A DNA stretch of 60,848 nt from Nitrospirota bacterium. Its GTDB lineage: Bacteria > Nitrospirota > Thermodesulfovibrionia > UBA6902. The DNA is taken from assembly GCA_016222915.1 (NCBI GenBank), contig JACRQA010000178.1, positions 1-60,848 of the forward strand, written 5' to 3'. This document shows positions 18,522 to 28,438 of this stretch, one piece after another (positions within the stretch are counted from its first letter, which is position 1; the number at the start of each line of letters is the position of its first letter). The notes beneath the pieces were generated by a model. The model was not told the origin of the DNA, did not search any database, and was given only the letters and a program-made list of their open reading frames with translations. The position numbers and the translations under genes were made by a program.

Positions 18522-19820
18522 ATGAAACAAAATAGAGTCGTAGTTACAGGGTTAGGTCCTATAGCTTCTACGGGAATCGGAAAAGACGCATTCTGGCAGG
18601 GGATCATTGACCAGAGGACCGGTTTAAGTTCAAGGGAATTTAACATTGACGGGGCATCCTGGGAGAGTTTCCCTGTCCATAGCGTAAAGGATTTTGATTT
18701 TGGAAGATTTCACGTAGATGAATTGGCCATAGCATATATGACGGACTGGAAGCAGGAAGGGCCGCCTGTTGATTTGTATTACCTTATGGCCGCAGTTGCG
18801 TTGTCCCTGGAAGACAGCGGGCTCAGATACGATTCCGGGGACAACGGTTTAAGCCTTGTTTTGACCCATGAAAATATGGGCCTCATGCCGTTTCTATATA
18901 AGCTCAGTGAGATATCATACGATGCCCTGAAATCCGAAACAGGCCCAAGCTTATCCAGGAAAGAATTCTATGAAAAGCTTTACCGTGATTGTCTGAAAAG
19001 CGGTTATGATGTTCAGACTTTCATGACATTGTTTCATGTGGCCAAGGCGTTTAATATCCATAACTACTCACTGTTTACAAACAATGCCTGCGCATCAGGG
19101 CTTTATGCCCTGGAATCCGCGGCGCAGATGATAAAATGCGGTCAGAGCTCCGCAGTTGTTGTGGCTGCATCGGAGTATACGGAAATATATAAATATCTCT
19201 GGTTCAGGGACATCGGCCTTTATTCCGGAGATGGAACGATCAGGCCGTATTCCAAGGACAGTAACGGCCTGGTCTTCGGTGACGGAGGGGTGGGAATAGT
19301 TTTGGAAGATTTGGAACATGCTGAAAAAAGAAACGCGCATATATACGCGGAGTACCTTGGCGGAGGGTTTCACCTTGAAGGGTGGAAAGTAACGACCCCT
19401 CAAATCGGGAGCGATTCATATCAAAAGGCCATATTGAAGGCCATATCACAAAGCAAAATTAATATAGAAGAAATTGAATTGCTGTGCCCGCATGGAGTGG
19501 GTTCTCAATCTATAGATTATTACGAGTCTAAGGCAATAACGGATATCTTCGGTTTAAATCCCGTGAAGCCTCTTATTACGGCTTTCAAACCTTATGTAGG
19601 CCATAACCTGGGGGGAAGCGCATTATTGGAAACCGCAATTCTTCTGCTGTCTCTCGAACATAAAACGGTGTTGCCTACTTTGAATTGTGAGAATGTCAAC
19701 CCTGTATTTAATATATCTCCGGTCAGAGAGAAAATAAAAAAAGAAGTGAATACGGCGATGAAAATATGCTGCGCCTTTGCAGGGTATAATTCAGCGGTTG
19801 TATTTAAGAGGTGGGACTGA
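18522..19820 (+). CDS. divergent beta-ketoacyl synthase family protein
   Basis: VVVTGLGPIAS, NNACASGLYA, CPHGVGSQ and VGHNLGGSA motifs. ATG at 18522 follows the upstream stop by 10 nt. Confidence 0.8.
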   Translation: MKQNRVVVTGLGPIASTGIGKDAFWQGIIDQRTGLSSREFNIDGASWESFPVHSVKDFDFGRFHVDELAIAYMTDWKQEGPPVDLYYLMAAVALSLEDSGLRYDSGDNGLSLVLTHENMGLMPFLYKLSEISYDALKSETGPSLSRKEFYEKLYRDCLKSGYDVQTFMTLFHVAKAFNIHNYSLFTNNACASGLYALESAAQMIKCGQSSAVVVAASEYTEIYKYLWFRDIGLYSGDGTIRPYSKDSNGLVFGDGGVGIVLEDLEHAEKRNAHIYAEYLGGGFHLEGWKVTTPQIGSDSYQKAILKAISQSKINIEEIELLCPHGVGSQSIDYYESKAITDIFGLNPVKPLITAFKPYVGHNLGGSALLETAILLLSLEHKTVLPTLNCENVNPVFNISPVREKIKKEVNTAMKICCAFAGYNSAVVFKRWD

Positions 19821-19821
19821 T

Positions 19822-21225
19822 ATGTCTCAGCGGTATGATTATGAAGCAATAATAATCGGCGCCGGCATAAGCGGTCTTGTGTGCGGATGCTATTTGGCCA
19901 AAGCCGGCTTGAAGACCCTGATTGTGGAAAAAAATGCAGGGCCGGGCGGATACTGTACGTCATTTAAGCGCGGGGGCTTTCAATTTGACGCATGCGTACA
20001 TTCACTAGGAAGCCTGAGGACCGGCGGTAACGTAAGGACCATTTTACAAGAATTAGATATTGAAGAACGATTAAGAATTACGAGACATGACCCGTCGGAT
20101 ATAATTATCGCCCCGGATTTTACGGTTCATTACTGGAACGATATAGATAAGACGGTGAGCGACTTCCAGAATATTTTTCCGGCGGAGTCGGAGAATATCA
20201 GGAAGTTCTTTGATTATATTCAGGGCTGCGAAGGTATTGCTCTTATGTCCTTAAAGTCCGTTACATTCCAGATGATGCTTGACAGGTATTTTAACGACTA
20301 TAGATTAAAGGCGGTCCTTTCACTTCCCGTATTGGGTAATGCCGGCTTGCCGCCGTCAAAAATATCATCAGTTACCGCTGTTCTTATTTACAAGGAATTT
20401 ATGTTGGACGGAGGGTATTGCCCGGATGGCTCTGTTCAGGCTTTAGCGGACATCCTGGCTGCGCGCTTTAGAGAGTTCGGCGGAGACATCTTTTTTTCCT
20501 GCGCCGCAAAAAGAATCAAAATAGAGGAGGGAAAGGTCCTTGGAGTTGAAACAGCAAAAAATGATATATTCTCATCTAAATATTTAATTTCCAGTATCGA
20601 TGCTACATCTACGTATATGTCTCTTATCGGTGAAACGGCTTCAGGTCAAAAGATAATGAGCTTATTAAATAAAATGGAGCCTTCCCTGTCTGCGTTCATT
20701 TTATATCTGGGGACAGACGGCAAACTCGAAAATGTTCGTAAAGATTCTGTTATATGGTCTATGCCGCATTATGATATAGATAATATTTATAATTTGACCG
20801 TGCAAGGTAAAGTCGATGAGTTGGACTGGTTCCTGTCGAGGTTATCGTCTAATCACAGTCTCTTTATGTTCGTTAATGTGCCTTTTGTCAATGAAGCATA
20901 CTGGCAGGACAACAAGAGAAGGTTGATTGATATTTATATAAATAAAATGGAACGGATATTCCCGGATTTATCACGCCATATAATATACAAAGATGCCGCT
21001 ACACCCATGACCTTAAATAAATGGACCTCAAACCATAAAGGGGCGTCTTATGGGTGGGCCAAGACACCTTCGCAGTTTGCTGTAACAGGTTTTACACAAA
21101 ATACGGCCATTGAGAATTTATATCTGACGGGCCACTGGACAACTTTATATCAGGGTGTGGGCGGGGTCGCATATCTGGGACGGGACACATCGAATAAGAT
21201 TTTAAAGAAGGAAACCGCTCAGTGA
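19822..21225 (+). CDS. CrtI/phytoene-desaturase-family FAD-dependent oxidoreductase
   Basis: N-terminal dinucleotide fold YEAIIIGAGISGLVCGCYLAKAGLKTLIVEKN..GGY. About 467 aa. The start lies 1 nt after the upstream stop. Confidence 0.8.
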   Translation: MSQRYDYEAIIIGAGISGLVCGCYLAKAGLKTLIVEKNAGPGGYCTSFKRGGFQFDACVHSLGSLRTGGNVRTILQELDIEERLRITRHDPSDIIIAPDFTVHYWNDIDKTVSDFQNIFPAESENIRKFFDYIQGCEGIALMSLKSVTFQMMLDRYFNDYRLKAVLSLPVLGNAGLPPSKISSVTAVLIYKEFMLDGGYCPDGSVQALADILAARFREFGGDIFFSCAAKRIKIEEGKVLGVETAKNDIFSSKYLISSIDATSTYMSLIGETASGQKIMSLLNKMEPSLSAFILYLGTDGKLENVRKDSVIWSMPHYDIDNIYNLTVQGKVDELDWFLSRLSSNHSLFMFVNVPFVNEAYWQDNKRRLIDIYINKMERIFPDLSRHIIYKDAATPMTLNKWTSNHKGASYGWAKTPSQFAVTGFTQNTAIENLYLTGHWTTLYQGVGGVAYLGRDTSNKILKKETAQ

Positions 21226-23330
21226 ACATATTTGCATTTGCAGGTGCCGTGCTTGGAACTACTTGTCTGTCGTTGGCATTGCTCGTTGCGATGAATAGGA
21301 AAACAACTCTGCATCGTATTTGGGCGTTATTTAATTTGTCAGTGGCCATATGGGGGATCGGGGCTTTTTTTATAGGAATCTCCACGACCCCTTCATCAGC
21401 CATAGTCAGCTGGAAACTGGCCCATGTCGGCGGTATCTTTATCCCCGTATGTTTTTTCCATACGATTTGCGTGTTTTGTGAAATTGATACTAAGCGAAAG
21501 CGGGCCATTCAATTCGCATATTTACAGGGATTTTTTTTCCTCTTCATGAATTTTACCGACTTTTTTATAACAAAGGTAAGGTTTGCCTTTAATTCTCTTT
21601 ATTATAATCAAGCTGCCGGCGCATGTTATCCGGTTTTTTTCATGATTTGGGTGGGCCTGGTCATTTGGGGACATTATGAATTGATAACGTACTATAAAAA
21701 AAGCAGCGGTATCAAGAGACATCAAAGTATATATTTCTTTATTGGAATGCTATTAGGATTTGCAGGGGGCAGCACCAACTTTTTCCCCATGTTCGGAATC
21801 GATATATACCCATTCGGTAATTTCACGATACCGATATATTGCCTTATTTCGACTTACGCTATCCTCCGTTATCGACTAATGGACATAAATCTTGTATTTC
21901 GAAAAAGCATGGTGTATTCACTTTCCGCCGGAATTATAACGAGTCTATTTGTAGTAATTGTTCTTACCATGACCAAATTCGTATCTAATGTGGCCGGTAG
22001 CAGCTCGTTTGCGATAACCACTCTTGCCGCCCTCACTATCGCGGTGCTTTTCAACCCTCTGAAAAACAAAATACAATCATTTATCGACAAGAGCTTCTAT
22101 AAAGGGAGATATGATTATTATCCGACGATCCGGAAAATAAGCCGTGAGCTTGTTACAATTTTTGACCTTGATGATTTGTTTAAATATGTTGGAAAAACTA
22201 TTTTGCAGACCCTCGGATTGAATAGTATCTATCTCTTACGGGCTGTACCCGGAAGTGGTTATGAAATTGTATATCATCAGTCGCACAATAATGACCATGA
22301 TAATACCGGGAAAGAAAATGTCGGAGAAGAAGACGAAGGCATGAATATAAAAATGACCTCTGAGCTGATTGAATTTTATAAAAAATCAGAAGATGTCCTC
22401 GTCAAGGACGAGCTGCCGGGACTTGAAAAAAATCTCGGGCGGGGAATAATAGAGCGCATAAAACAAGATTTGCTGCCTTTTAATGGAGAGGTAGTGGTCC
22501 CGGTGTTCAATGATAAGAAACTCACCCTTTTATTGGTCCTTGGGGAAAAAGTATCAGGTGACATGTATACCAATGAAGACATAAATCTGCTCGGTATTGT
22601 CTCTACTCAGTTGGCCGTCTCGATAAGAAATGCCATGCTGTACAAAGATAAAATGCATTCCGAACGACTTGCGTCAATCGGGATGATGTCCGCGACATTT
22701 GCTCATGAAGTAAGAAATCCGCTTACATCGTTAAAAACCTTTGCCCAGTTGATGCCGGAAAAATACAACGATGAGGAATTCAGGGTCTCGTTTTCCAAGA
22801 TCGTTGAAGGAGAAATCGAAAGAATCGACGGACTTATTAATGACCTCCTGGATTTTTCCACAGAGAGAAAATCGTCCCGTTCCAATAATTTCAACCTTGT
22901 GTCGCTCGTCGATGAAACAGTTGAGTATGTGAAGGGGAAACTCGACTTTGAAAGAAAGAATATAACCATAGAAAAAAATTACGGCGCCAGTGTGATTGAG
23001 ATGTCGGGTGATGCGACAAACCTGAAACAGGCATTTGTCAATTTAATTACAAACGGATGTCAGGCCATGTATGGAGAGGGTCTGCTTAAAGTCCAAATAA
23101 ACCCTAACGGGGAAAATGTGGATGTGGCGATAACCGACACGGGGGAGGGCATCCATCCGGATGACATTGCAAAGATTTTCGATCCGTTTGTCACTACAAA
23201 GGAAATGGGAATAGGTCTCGGGCTGGCCATAAGCAAGAGGATTGTGGAAGACCATAAAGGAAGCATCAAGGTGAAAAGCCGGTTATCACAAGGGACCACT
23301 TTTACAATTTCACTGCCTGTACAGAATTGA
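21222..23330 (+). CDS. sensor histidine kinase (multi-TM N-terminal sensor, GAF-like, HisKA, HATPase)
   Basis: About 7 predicted TM helices in the first 270 aa. H-box FAHEVRNPLTS. N/G boxes NLITNGCQA, DTGEGI and GIGLGLAI. Confidence 0.88.
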   Translation: MNIFAFAGAVLGTTCLSLALLVAMNRKTTLHRIWALFNLSVAIWGIGAFFIGISTTPSSAIVSWKLAHVGGIFIPVCFFHTICVFCEIDTKRKRAIQFAYLQGFFFLFMNFTDFFITKVRFAFNSLYYNQAAGACYPVFFMIWVGLVIWGHYELITYYKKSSGIKRHQSIYFFIGMLLGFAGGSTNFFPMFGIDIYPFGNFTIPIYCLISTYAILRYRLMDINLVFRKSMVYSLSAGIITSLFVVIVLTMTKFVSNVAGSSSFAITTLAALTIAVLFNPLKNKIQSFIDKSFYKGRYDYYPTIRKISRELVTIFDLDDLFKYVGKTILQTLGLNSIYLLRAVPGSGYEIVYHQSHNNDHDNTGKENVGEEDEGMNIKMTSELIEFYKKSEDVLVKDELPGLEKNLGRGIIERIKQDLLPFNGEVVVPVFNDKKLTLLLVLGEKVSGDMYTNEDINLLGIVSTQLAVSIRNAMLYKDKMHSERLASIGMMSATFAHEVRNPLTSLKTFAQLMPEKYNDEEFRVSFSKIVEGEIERIDGLINDLLDFSTERKSSRSNNFNLVSLVDETVEYVKGKLDFERKNITIEKNYGASVIEMSGDATNLKQAFVNLITNGCQAMYGEGLLKVQINPNGENVDVAITDTGEGIHPDDIAKIFDPFVTTKEMGIGLGLAISKRIVEDHKGSIKVKSRLSQGTTFTISLPVQN

Positions 23331-23413
23331 AGAATATATATATAATATTATAGTTTTTTTATCGTTAAGGCCGTTGCTGTATATAATTCGATTACCCGGG
23401 TGAAAATATAAGA

Positions 23414-25453
23414 ATGGAACTTCTGGCTTTATTAAGCGACAGCGATGATGTGATTATTCCTAATGTCAAGAAGGCCCTTCAACAATTCACGGTTTATCCC
23501 CTCAAGACACTGGAAGAACTTGAAGAATTATACAGTAATATCCCGCTGAATCTTTTCCTGATAGACAGTGATTCCCATAAAATGTTTTCTATCAGGGAGT
23601 TCCTGAACAAGCTTGATGAGAATAAAGTAGTGCTCATTACACGGGAGAAGCCTGATAAATATGAATTGGAAAATCTGCCGGGTAGTGTTTTTGATTGCGT
23701 TGACGCCGGAACGATCATGAACGACCTGCCGGTTGTAGTGAAACGGGCGCTTGAAAGGCAGCGGTTTGAGAGTGAGTTAAGGATGTTGAAACAGGCGCGG
23801 GACATAGTAAGACCGGCACAGGCGCAGGTCCTTAACAGGGGGGAAGTCGAGAATCCATCGGGACGCTATGAGTCGGTCCCTGCGGGGAAGTACATTCACG
23901 AGAAGGTCATTGTGAATTTTGCCAGGATGCTGACCGTAAGTTTTGATATGCGCAAGCTTCTGGACCATTTTATAGATTCCGTAATGGAAATAGCCCGCGT
24001 AAGCAAGATGTCCGTTATGCTTAAAGATAAGTCCTGGTTTCACGTAAGGGCGCAGTACGGTCTTGATCCGTACATCGCCGATAACATCAAGCTCGGAAAG
24101 GACAGCGCCCTCGCTTCCTGGCTGACAAAGACCGGACGGATACTGCACAAACCGGTCACTTTTGTAAGTTCTTCTTCGGTAAGTATTGCCGGCGAAATGG
24201 AGGCGCTGCAGTGTCTGATTTCATTCCCGATGATTTACAAGGGGAAGCTGATAGGGATTTTCAATATAGACAACAAAGTCACCGAGGAGCCGTTTTACAG
24301 GGAAGAATTAGAGATTATTTATGTATTGTGCAATTACCTCGCCGCTGCTGTGAAGGATGTGGACCTCTATCACCAGATGTGGTATCAGAAGGAATTTACT
24401 AATAATATCCTCTCCAGTATGAGCAGCGGGATGATAGCTATAGACAAGGATGAAAAAATAACCGTTTTTAATCAGCGGGCATCGGAGGTCCTGAATTTAG
24501 ACACTGCCCATATCATCGGCAGCGACCTGAGGGCGCTCCCGTCTCCATTGGGGGACATCCTGTATGAAACAATGGTGACCGGGAAGATGTACAAGCGTTT
24601 TGAAGTGATTATAAACCCCGCAAAACTGCCGCTCGGGATAAACAGTTACAGGCTCATTGACGAAGAGCGTAACGCTATTGGGGCGGGCATAGTGTTTTCC
24701 GATTTGTCCGATTCCAAGAAACTGGAGGAGCAGCGCAATAAGGCGGAAAAACTCAGGGCAGTCAACGACCTGATGGCCAAGATAGCCCACGAAGTCAGAA
24801 ATCCCCTTACATCCATCCAGACGTTTACGCAACTGCTGAATGAGAAATACGCGGATGACGACCTGAACAAATTCTATATCTCGACGGTAAGCCAGTCTAT
24901 AAGGATGCTTGACAGTCTGATCGACAAGCTGGTGACGTTTTCGAGCTCCCAGAATTATAATTTTGACAAAGTCGAGATAAATGATTTTATAAATGAAGCG
25001 GCGGCCTTTATTTCAAAAAATATTCCCGAGACCCACAAGTTTTCCAAACAATTGACCGATAAGACCCTGTATATCAACATTGACAGGAAGAATTTAATCA
25101 AGTCCGTCTATTATCTTGTGCTTAGCATTATCGACAGGACGCCGGACGGCACATTTATAACAATGAATACCAATGCAGTAGTAAAGGACGTCCCTTCCGT
25201 TGAGATAGCCATTTCATATACTGGGGATGAATTGGTCAGGGAGGGTAAGCAGGATTTACTGAAGCCTCTGCTGGACATTAAACATCTCGGGACCGAACTG
25301 AATATCCCTATAAGCCACAAGATTATCGAAGGGCACGACGGCAGTCTGGATATAAAAAGCGGGGATGGTGTAAATTCATTCATCATTAAATTGCCCATCC
25401 TGGACAGAAGGACCGCCAATATTTCGATTGAGGGAGGTCGTATCAGTGGATAG
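23414..25453 (+). CDS. cytoplasmic histidine-kinase-like protein (pseudo-receiver, GAF, PAS, HisKA, degenerate ATPase domain)
   Basis: H-box IAHEVRNPLTSIQTF and PAS-like SSGMIAIDKDEKITVFN. The C-terminal domain lacks recognisable DxGxG/GxGLG boxes. Confidence 0.75.
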   Translation: MELLALLSDSDDVIIPNVKKALQQFTVYPLKTLEELEELYSNIPLNLFLIDSDSHKMFSIREFLNKLDENKVVLITREKPDKYELENLPGSVFDCVDAGTIMNDLPVVVKRALERQRFESELRMLKQARDIVRPAQAQVLNRGEVENPSGRYESVPAGKYIHEKVIVNFARMLTVSFDMRKLLDHFIDSVMEIARVSKMSVMLKDKSWFHVRAQYGLDPYIADNIKLGKDSALASWLTKTGRILHKPVTFVSSSSVSIAGEMEALQCLISFPMIYKGKLIGIFNIDNKVTEEPFYREELEIIYVLCNYLAAAVKDVDLYHQMWYQKEFTNNILSSMSSGMIAIDKDEKITVFNQRASEVLNLDTAHIIGSDLRALPSPLGDILYETMVTGKMYKRFEVIINPAKLPLGINSYRLIDEERNAIGAGIVFSDLSDSKKLEEQRNKAEKLRAVNDLMAKIAHEVRNPLTSIQTFTQLLNEKYADDDLNKFYISTVSQSIRMLDSLIDKLVTFSSSQNYNFDKVEINDFINEAAAFISKNIPETHKFSKQLTDKTLYINIDRKNLIKSVYYLVLSIIDRTPDGTFITMNTNAVVKDVPSVEIAISYTGDELVREGKQDLLKPLLDIKHLGTELNIPISHKIIEGHDGSLDIKSGDGVNSFIIKLPILDRRTANISIEGGRISG

Positions 25454-26468
25454 CAGAGAACGTATTCTCGTAATTGATGATGAGCTTGCCCCAAGGGAGT
25501 CTATAAGGATGGTTTTAAAAGACCAGTATAAAGTATCGACGGCTTCCGGTGCGCTTGAAGGAATTGACATGATGGTCCATGATCCTTACGACCTTATTGT
25601 TATGGACATAAAAATGCCCCGGATGGACGGCATTACGGCCTTGCAGGAAATCAAGAAGAAGCATCCTGACACTGAAGTCATATTGTTAACGGCATACGCC
25701 AGCCTTGAAACCGCCAGGGACGCCATACGTTTCGGCGCATTTGATTATCTTATCAAGCCGTTTGATAAAGACGATGTTTTGATGGTTGTAGAGAAAGGCC
25801 TGAAGAAAAGGCGCGCCAACACTGGCTTGAAGCTGGAGAGAGACATATTACTTGACAGGGCCTCATATCTTGAAGACCAGGTAGGCAAGGCACGGAGCAA
25901 TATCATGACCTGTTATGAAGGGACGGTAAATGCGCTTATTCTTACCATAGACGCCAAAGACCATTATACATACAACCACTCCAACCGTGTGGCAAAGCTT
26001 TCATCCGCCATAGCAGGGGCGCTGGGTATTCCAGCCAAGACGATAAAAGAGATCGAAAATGCGGCCGCAATTCACGATATCGGAAAGATAGGGATAGAAG
26101 AGAACATCCTCAGGAAAAACGGAAAGCTTACTCTGGATGAATATACGGAAATAAAGAAACATCCCGCTATCGGCGCCAGGATCGTCCAGTCGGTGCCGTT
26201 TCTTGAAGACGCGATCCCTGTTATCCTTTACCACCATGAACGGTATGATGGAAAGGGGTATCCTGAAGGCCTTAAGGGAGAACAGATACCTTTGTCCGCC
26301 AGAATAGTCGTGGTTGCCGACGCCATTGATGCGATGATGAGCGCCAGGCCATACAGGGACGCTCTCACAATGAGCAAGGTAGAGAGTGAATTAAGGGAAA
26401 ATACGGACGCACAGTTTGATCCTGAGATTGTGGATATTATATTGAAGGGTAGGGTACCCCTTATATAG
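25446..26468 (+). CDS. response regulator with HD-GYP phosphodiesterase output domain
   Basis: Receiver motifs ILVIDDE...DLIVMDIKMPRMDG...KPF. HD-GYP motifs IHDIGKI and HHERYDGKGYPEGL. GTG at 25446 is preferred (SD GAGGGAGG). Confidence 0.88.
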   Translation: MDSRERILVIDDELAPRESIRMVLKDQYKVSTASGALEGIDMMVHDPYDLIVMDIKMPRMDGITALQEIKKKHPDTEVILLTAYASLETARDAIRFGAFDYLIKPFDKDDVLMVVEKGLKKRRANTGLKLERDILLDRASYLEDQVGKARSNIMTCYEGTVNALILTIDAKDHYTYNHSNRVAKLSSAIAGALGIPAKTIKEIENAAAIHDIGKIGIEENILRKNGKLTLDEYTEIKKHPAIGARIVQSVPFLEDAIPVILYHHERYDGKGYPEGLKGEQIPLSARIVVVADAIDAMMSARPYRDALTMSKVESELRENTDAQFDPEIVDIILKGRVPLI

Positions 26469-26479
26469 GCATTTCTTTT

Positions 26480-26506
26480 GTAGGGGCGAGGTCTTCCCTC
26501 CCCTGC
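26480..26506. repeat. GTAGGGGC-type imperfect palindrome between convergent genes (probable terminator)
   Basis: gtaggggcgagg-tctt-ccctcccctgc, located between the HD-GYP gene stop and the dapB stop. Confidence 0.5.
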
Positions 26507-26511
26507 AATCA

Positions 26512-27315
26512 TTATTTCAATCCCAGCACATCCTGCATATCATAGAGCCCTGGCGGTTGTTTGTAGACCCATTGAACGGCTTTAAGCGCCCCTCTTGCGA
26601 AGGTATCTCTGCTTGATGCCTTATGAGTTATCTCTATTCTTTCTCCCAGTCCTCCGAACAGCACAGTGTGCTCGCCCACGATGTCGCCTGCGCGGACCGT
26701 CTGAATGCCGATCTCTTTTTTAGTGCGCTCCCCTATCAGGCCGTGCCTTGCATAAACGGCAGTGTCTTCCAGGCTTCTGTTAAGGGCCGAGGCCAGGACC
26801 TGGGCCATTTTCATTGCAGTGCCGGACGGAGCGTCTTTTTTCAGCCTGTGATGGGCCTCAACTATTTCAACGTCATAGTCATCACCTGTGACTTTTGCGA
26901 TGTCTTCAAGGACTTTCAAAAGAAGGTTTACCCCAACACTCATATTAGGGGCAAAGACACACGGAGTGCCCTGAGCATAAAGCTTTATGTAGTCCACTTC
27001 GTCCTTGCTGAAACCTGTAGTGCCTATGACTATAGGCACAGGTTTGCCGGAGAGTGATTTCAGACATTCTATCGTTGCAGACGGGGATGAAAAATCAACA
27101 AGCACGTCGCCTTTTTCAATTGCCGTCTTTACATTGTCCGTAATCGTGACCCCCATTGTGCCCAGGCCGATGACAGCGCCTATATCTTTTCCCAGATGTT
27201 CATGTCCCTTTCGCTCTATAGCTCCGGTTAGTTTAATTTCAATAATATCTTTAGAAAGCGCGATGATGCGGCCTCCCATTTTGCCTGAGGCCCCTGATAC
27301 GATTAGGTTAATCAT
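26512..27315 (-). CDS. dapB: 4-hydroxy-tetrahydrodipicolinate reductase
   Basis: SGASGKMGG Rossmann start and [15 protein letters not shown] motif. The start is placed at MINLIVSG. Confidence 0.92.
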   Translation of the reverse strand: MINLIVSGASGKMGGRIIALSKDIIEIKLTGAIERKGHEHLGKDIGAVIGLGTMGVTITDNVKTAIEKGDVLVDFSSPSATIECLKSLSGKPVPIVIGTTGFSKDEVDYIKLYAQGTPCVFAPNMSVGVNLLLKVLEDIAKVTGDDYDVEIVEAHHRLKKDAPSGTAMKMAQVLASALNRSLEDTAVYARHGLIGERTKKEIGIQTVRAGDIVGEHTVLFGGLGERIEITHKASSRDTFARGALKAVQWVYKQPPGLYDMQDVLGLK

Positions 27316-27496
27316 TATTTCTCTCCTGTTCTGAAGGCGGCATATCTGTTTCATCTTCAAGCCTGCCTTCAATTTTATATTCCTCTGATGCCCAGGCCCC
27401 GAGGTCGATCAGCTTACACCTTTCAGAACAAAAAGGCCTGTATGGATTGCCCTGCCATTCTTTCTTTTGTTTGCAAACCGGGCACTTGATCTTCAT
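27308..27496 (-). CDS. yacG: DNA gyrase inhibitor YacG-like zinc finger
   Basis: CPVCKQK...[24 protein letters not shown] matches the YacG signature. Confidence 0.8.
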   Translation of the reverse strand: MKIKCPVCKQKKEWQGNPYRPFCSERCKLIDLGAWASEEYKIEGRLEDETDMPPSEQERNND

Positions 27497-27536
27497 ATCA
27501 AAGTTTGAGTCTCGCCGGACTCGCTTGAATTAATAA

Positions 27537-28433
27537 TTATTTAATATTTAATTGAATCTCAATTGTTCCTTCAAATACACTCACCGCCGGGCCCGTCATA
27601 TATACGTGATTGTCTTTTTCGGACCAGTGAATAAGGAGCTTGCCGCCCGGCAGGGACACGTTCACTTTTCTGCCTGTAAGTCCCAACAGCGCCGACACGA
27701 CCGCGGATGCACAAGCGCCTGTGCCGCAGGCCATTGTTTCACCGGCGCCTCTTTCCCACACCCGCATTTTTATGCGGCCTTCGCCCTGCTTCTGAATGAA
27801 CTCGACATTGGTCCTGTTAGGGAAAAGTTTATGGTTTTCTATCAGGGGGCCGACACTGTTCAGTTGCACCGAATCTGCGTCATCGACAACAATGACCGCA
27901 TGCGGATTGCCCATGGAAACACAGGTTATCTCATAAGTCTTATTGCCTGCCTTAAGCGGGTACCGGATTACTTTACCGTCTTGTAACCGGGGTCCCACCG
28001 TCTTTGATACTACCGGTATCTTTGCCGGTCCAAAGACAGGCTCTCCCATATCGATCCTGAAGAGGTCCCCTGATTTATATATATACTTGGTCCCGGCAAG
28101 GGTCTCTATTGAAAGGGACTCGATTGACTGACAATATTTCATGGCAAAGGCGCTGTCGTCGCAGAGCAGTATCTTGTCCCAGATATATTTGCCGAGACAG
28201 CGTATCCCGTTTCCGCACATCTCTACTTCGGAACCGTCCCCATTGAATATGCGCATCCTGAAATCCGCGCATTTTGAATGGCCCAAAAGCAGCAGTTGAT
28301 CTGCGCCGATCCCAAATTTACGGTGACAGAGTTTTTTCGACAGGCGGGACAGGTTTTTTAATTTCGCTTCCCTGTCGTCAATAACTATAAAGTCATTGCC
28401 CAGGGCGTGCATTTTTGTGAAATTGATTTTCAT
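27537..28433 (-). CDS. dapF: diaminopimelate epimerase
   Basis: FTKMHALGNDFIVID, CGNGIRC, MGNPHAV and ERGAGETMACGTGACA motifs. Confidence 0.95.
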   Translation of the reverse strand: MKINFTKMHALGNDFIVIDDREAKLKNLSRLSKKLCHRKFGIGADQLLLLGHSKCADFRMRIFNGDGSEVEMCGNGIRCLGKYIWDKILLCDDSAFAMKYCQSIESLSIETLAGTKYIYKSGDLFRIDMGEPVFGPAKIPVVSKTVGPRLQDGKVIRYPLKAGNKTYEITCVSMGNPHAVIVVDDADSVQLNSVGPLIENHKLFPNRTNVEFIQKQGEGRIKMRVWERGAGETMACGTGACASAVVSALLGLTGRKVNVSLPGGKLLIHWSEKDNHVYMTGPAVSVFEGTIEIQLNIK

Positions 28434-28438
28434 AACTG

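Noticed and set aside
14527-21225. Considered whether the fab-like cluster with a phytoene-desaturase homologue could be an anammox-type ladderane lipid locus.
   Set aside because: No radical-SAM enzymes or any anammox marker genes are in the window. The gene set alone is equally compatible with polyene or other specialised lipids, so only the generic description is reported.
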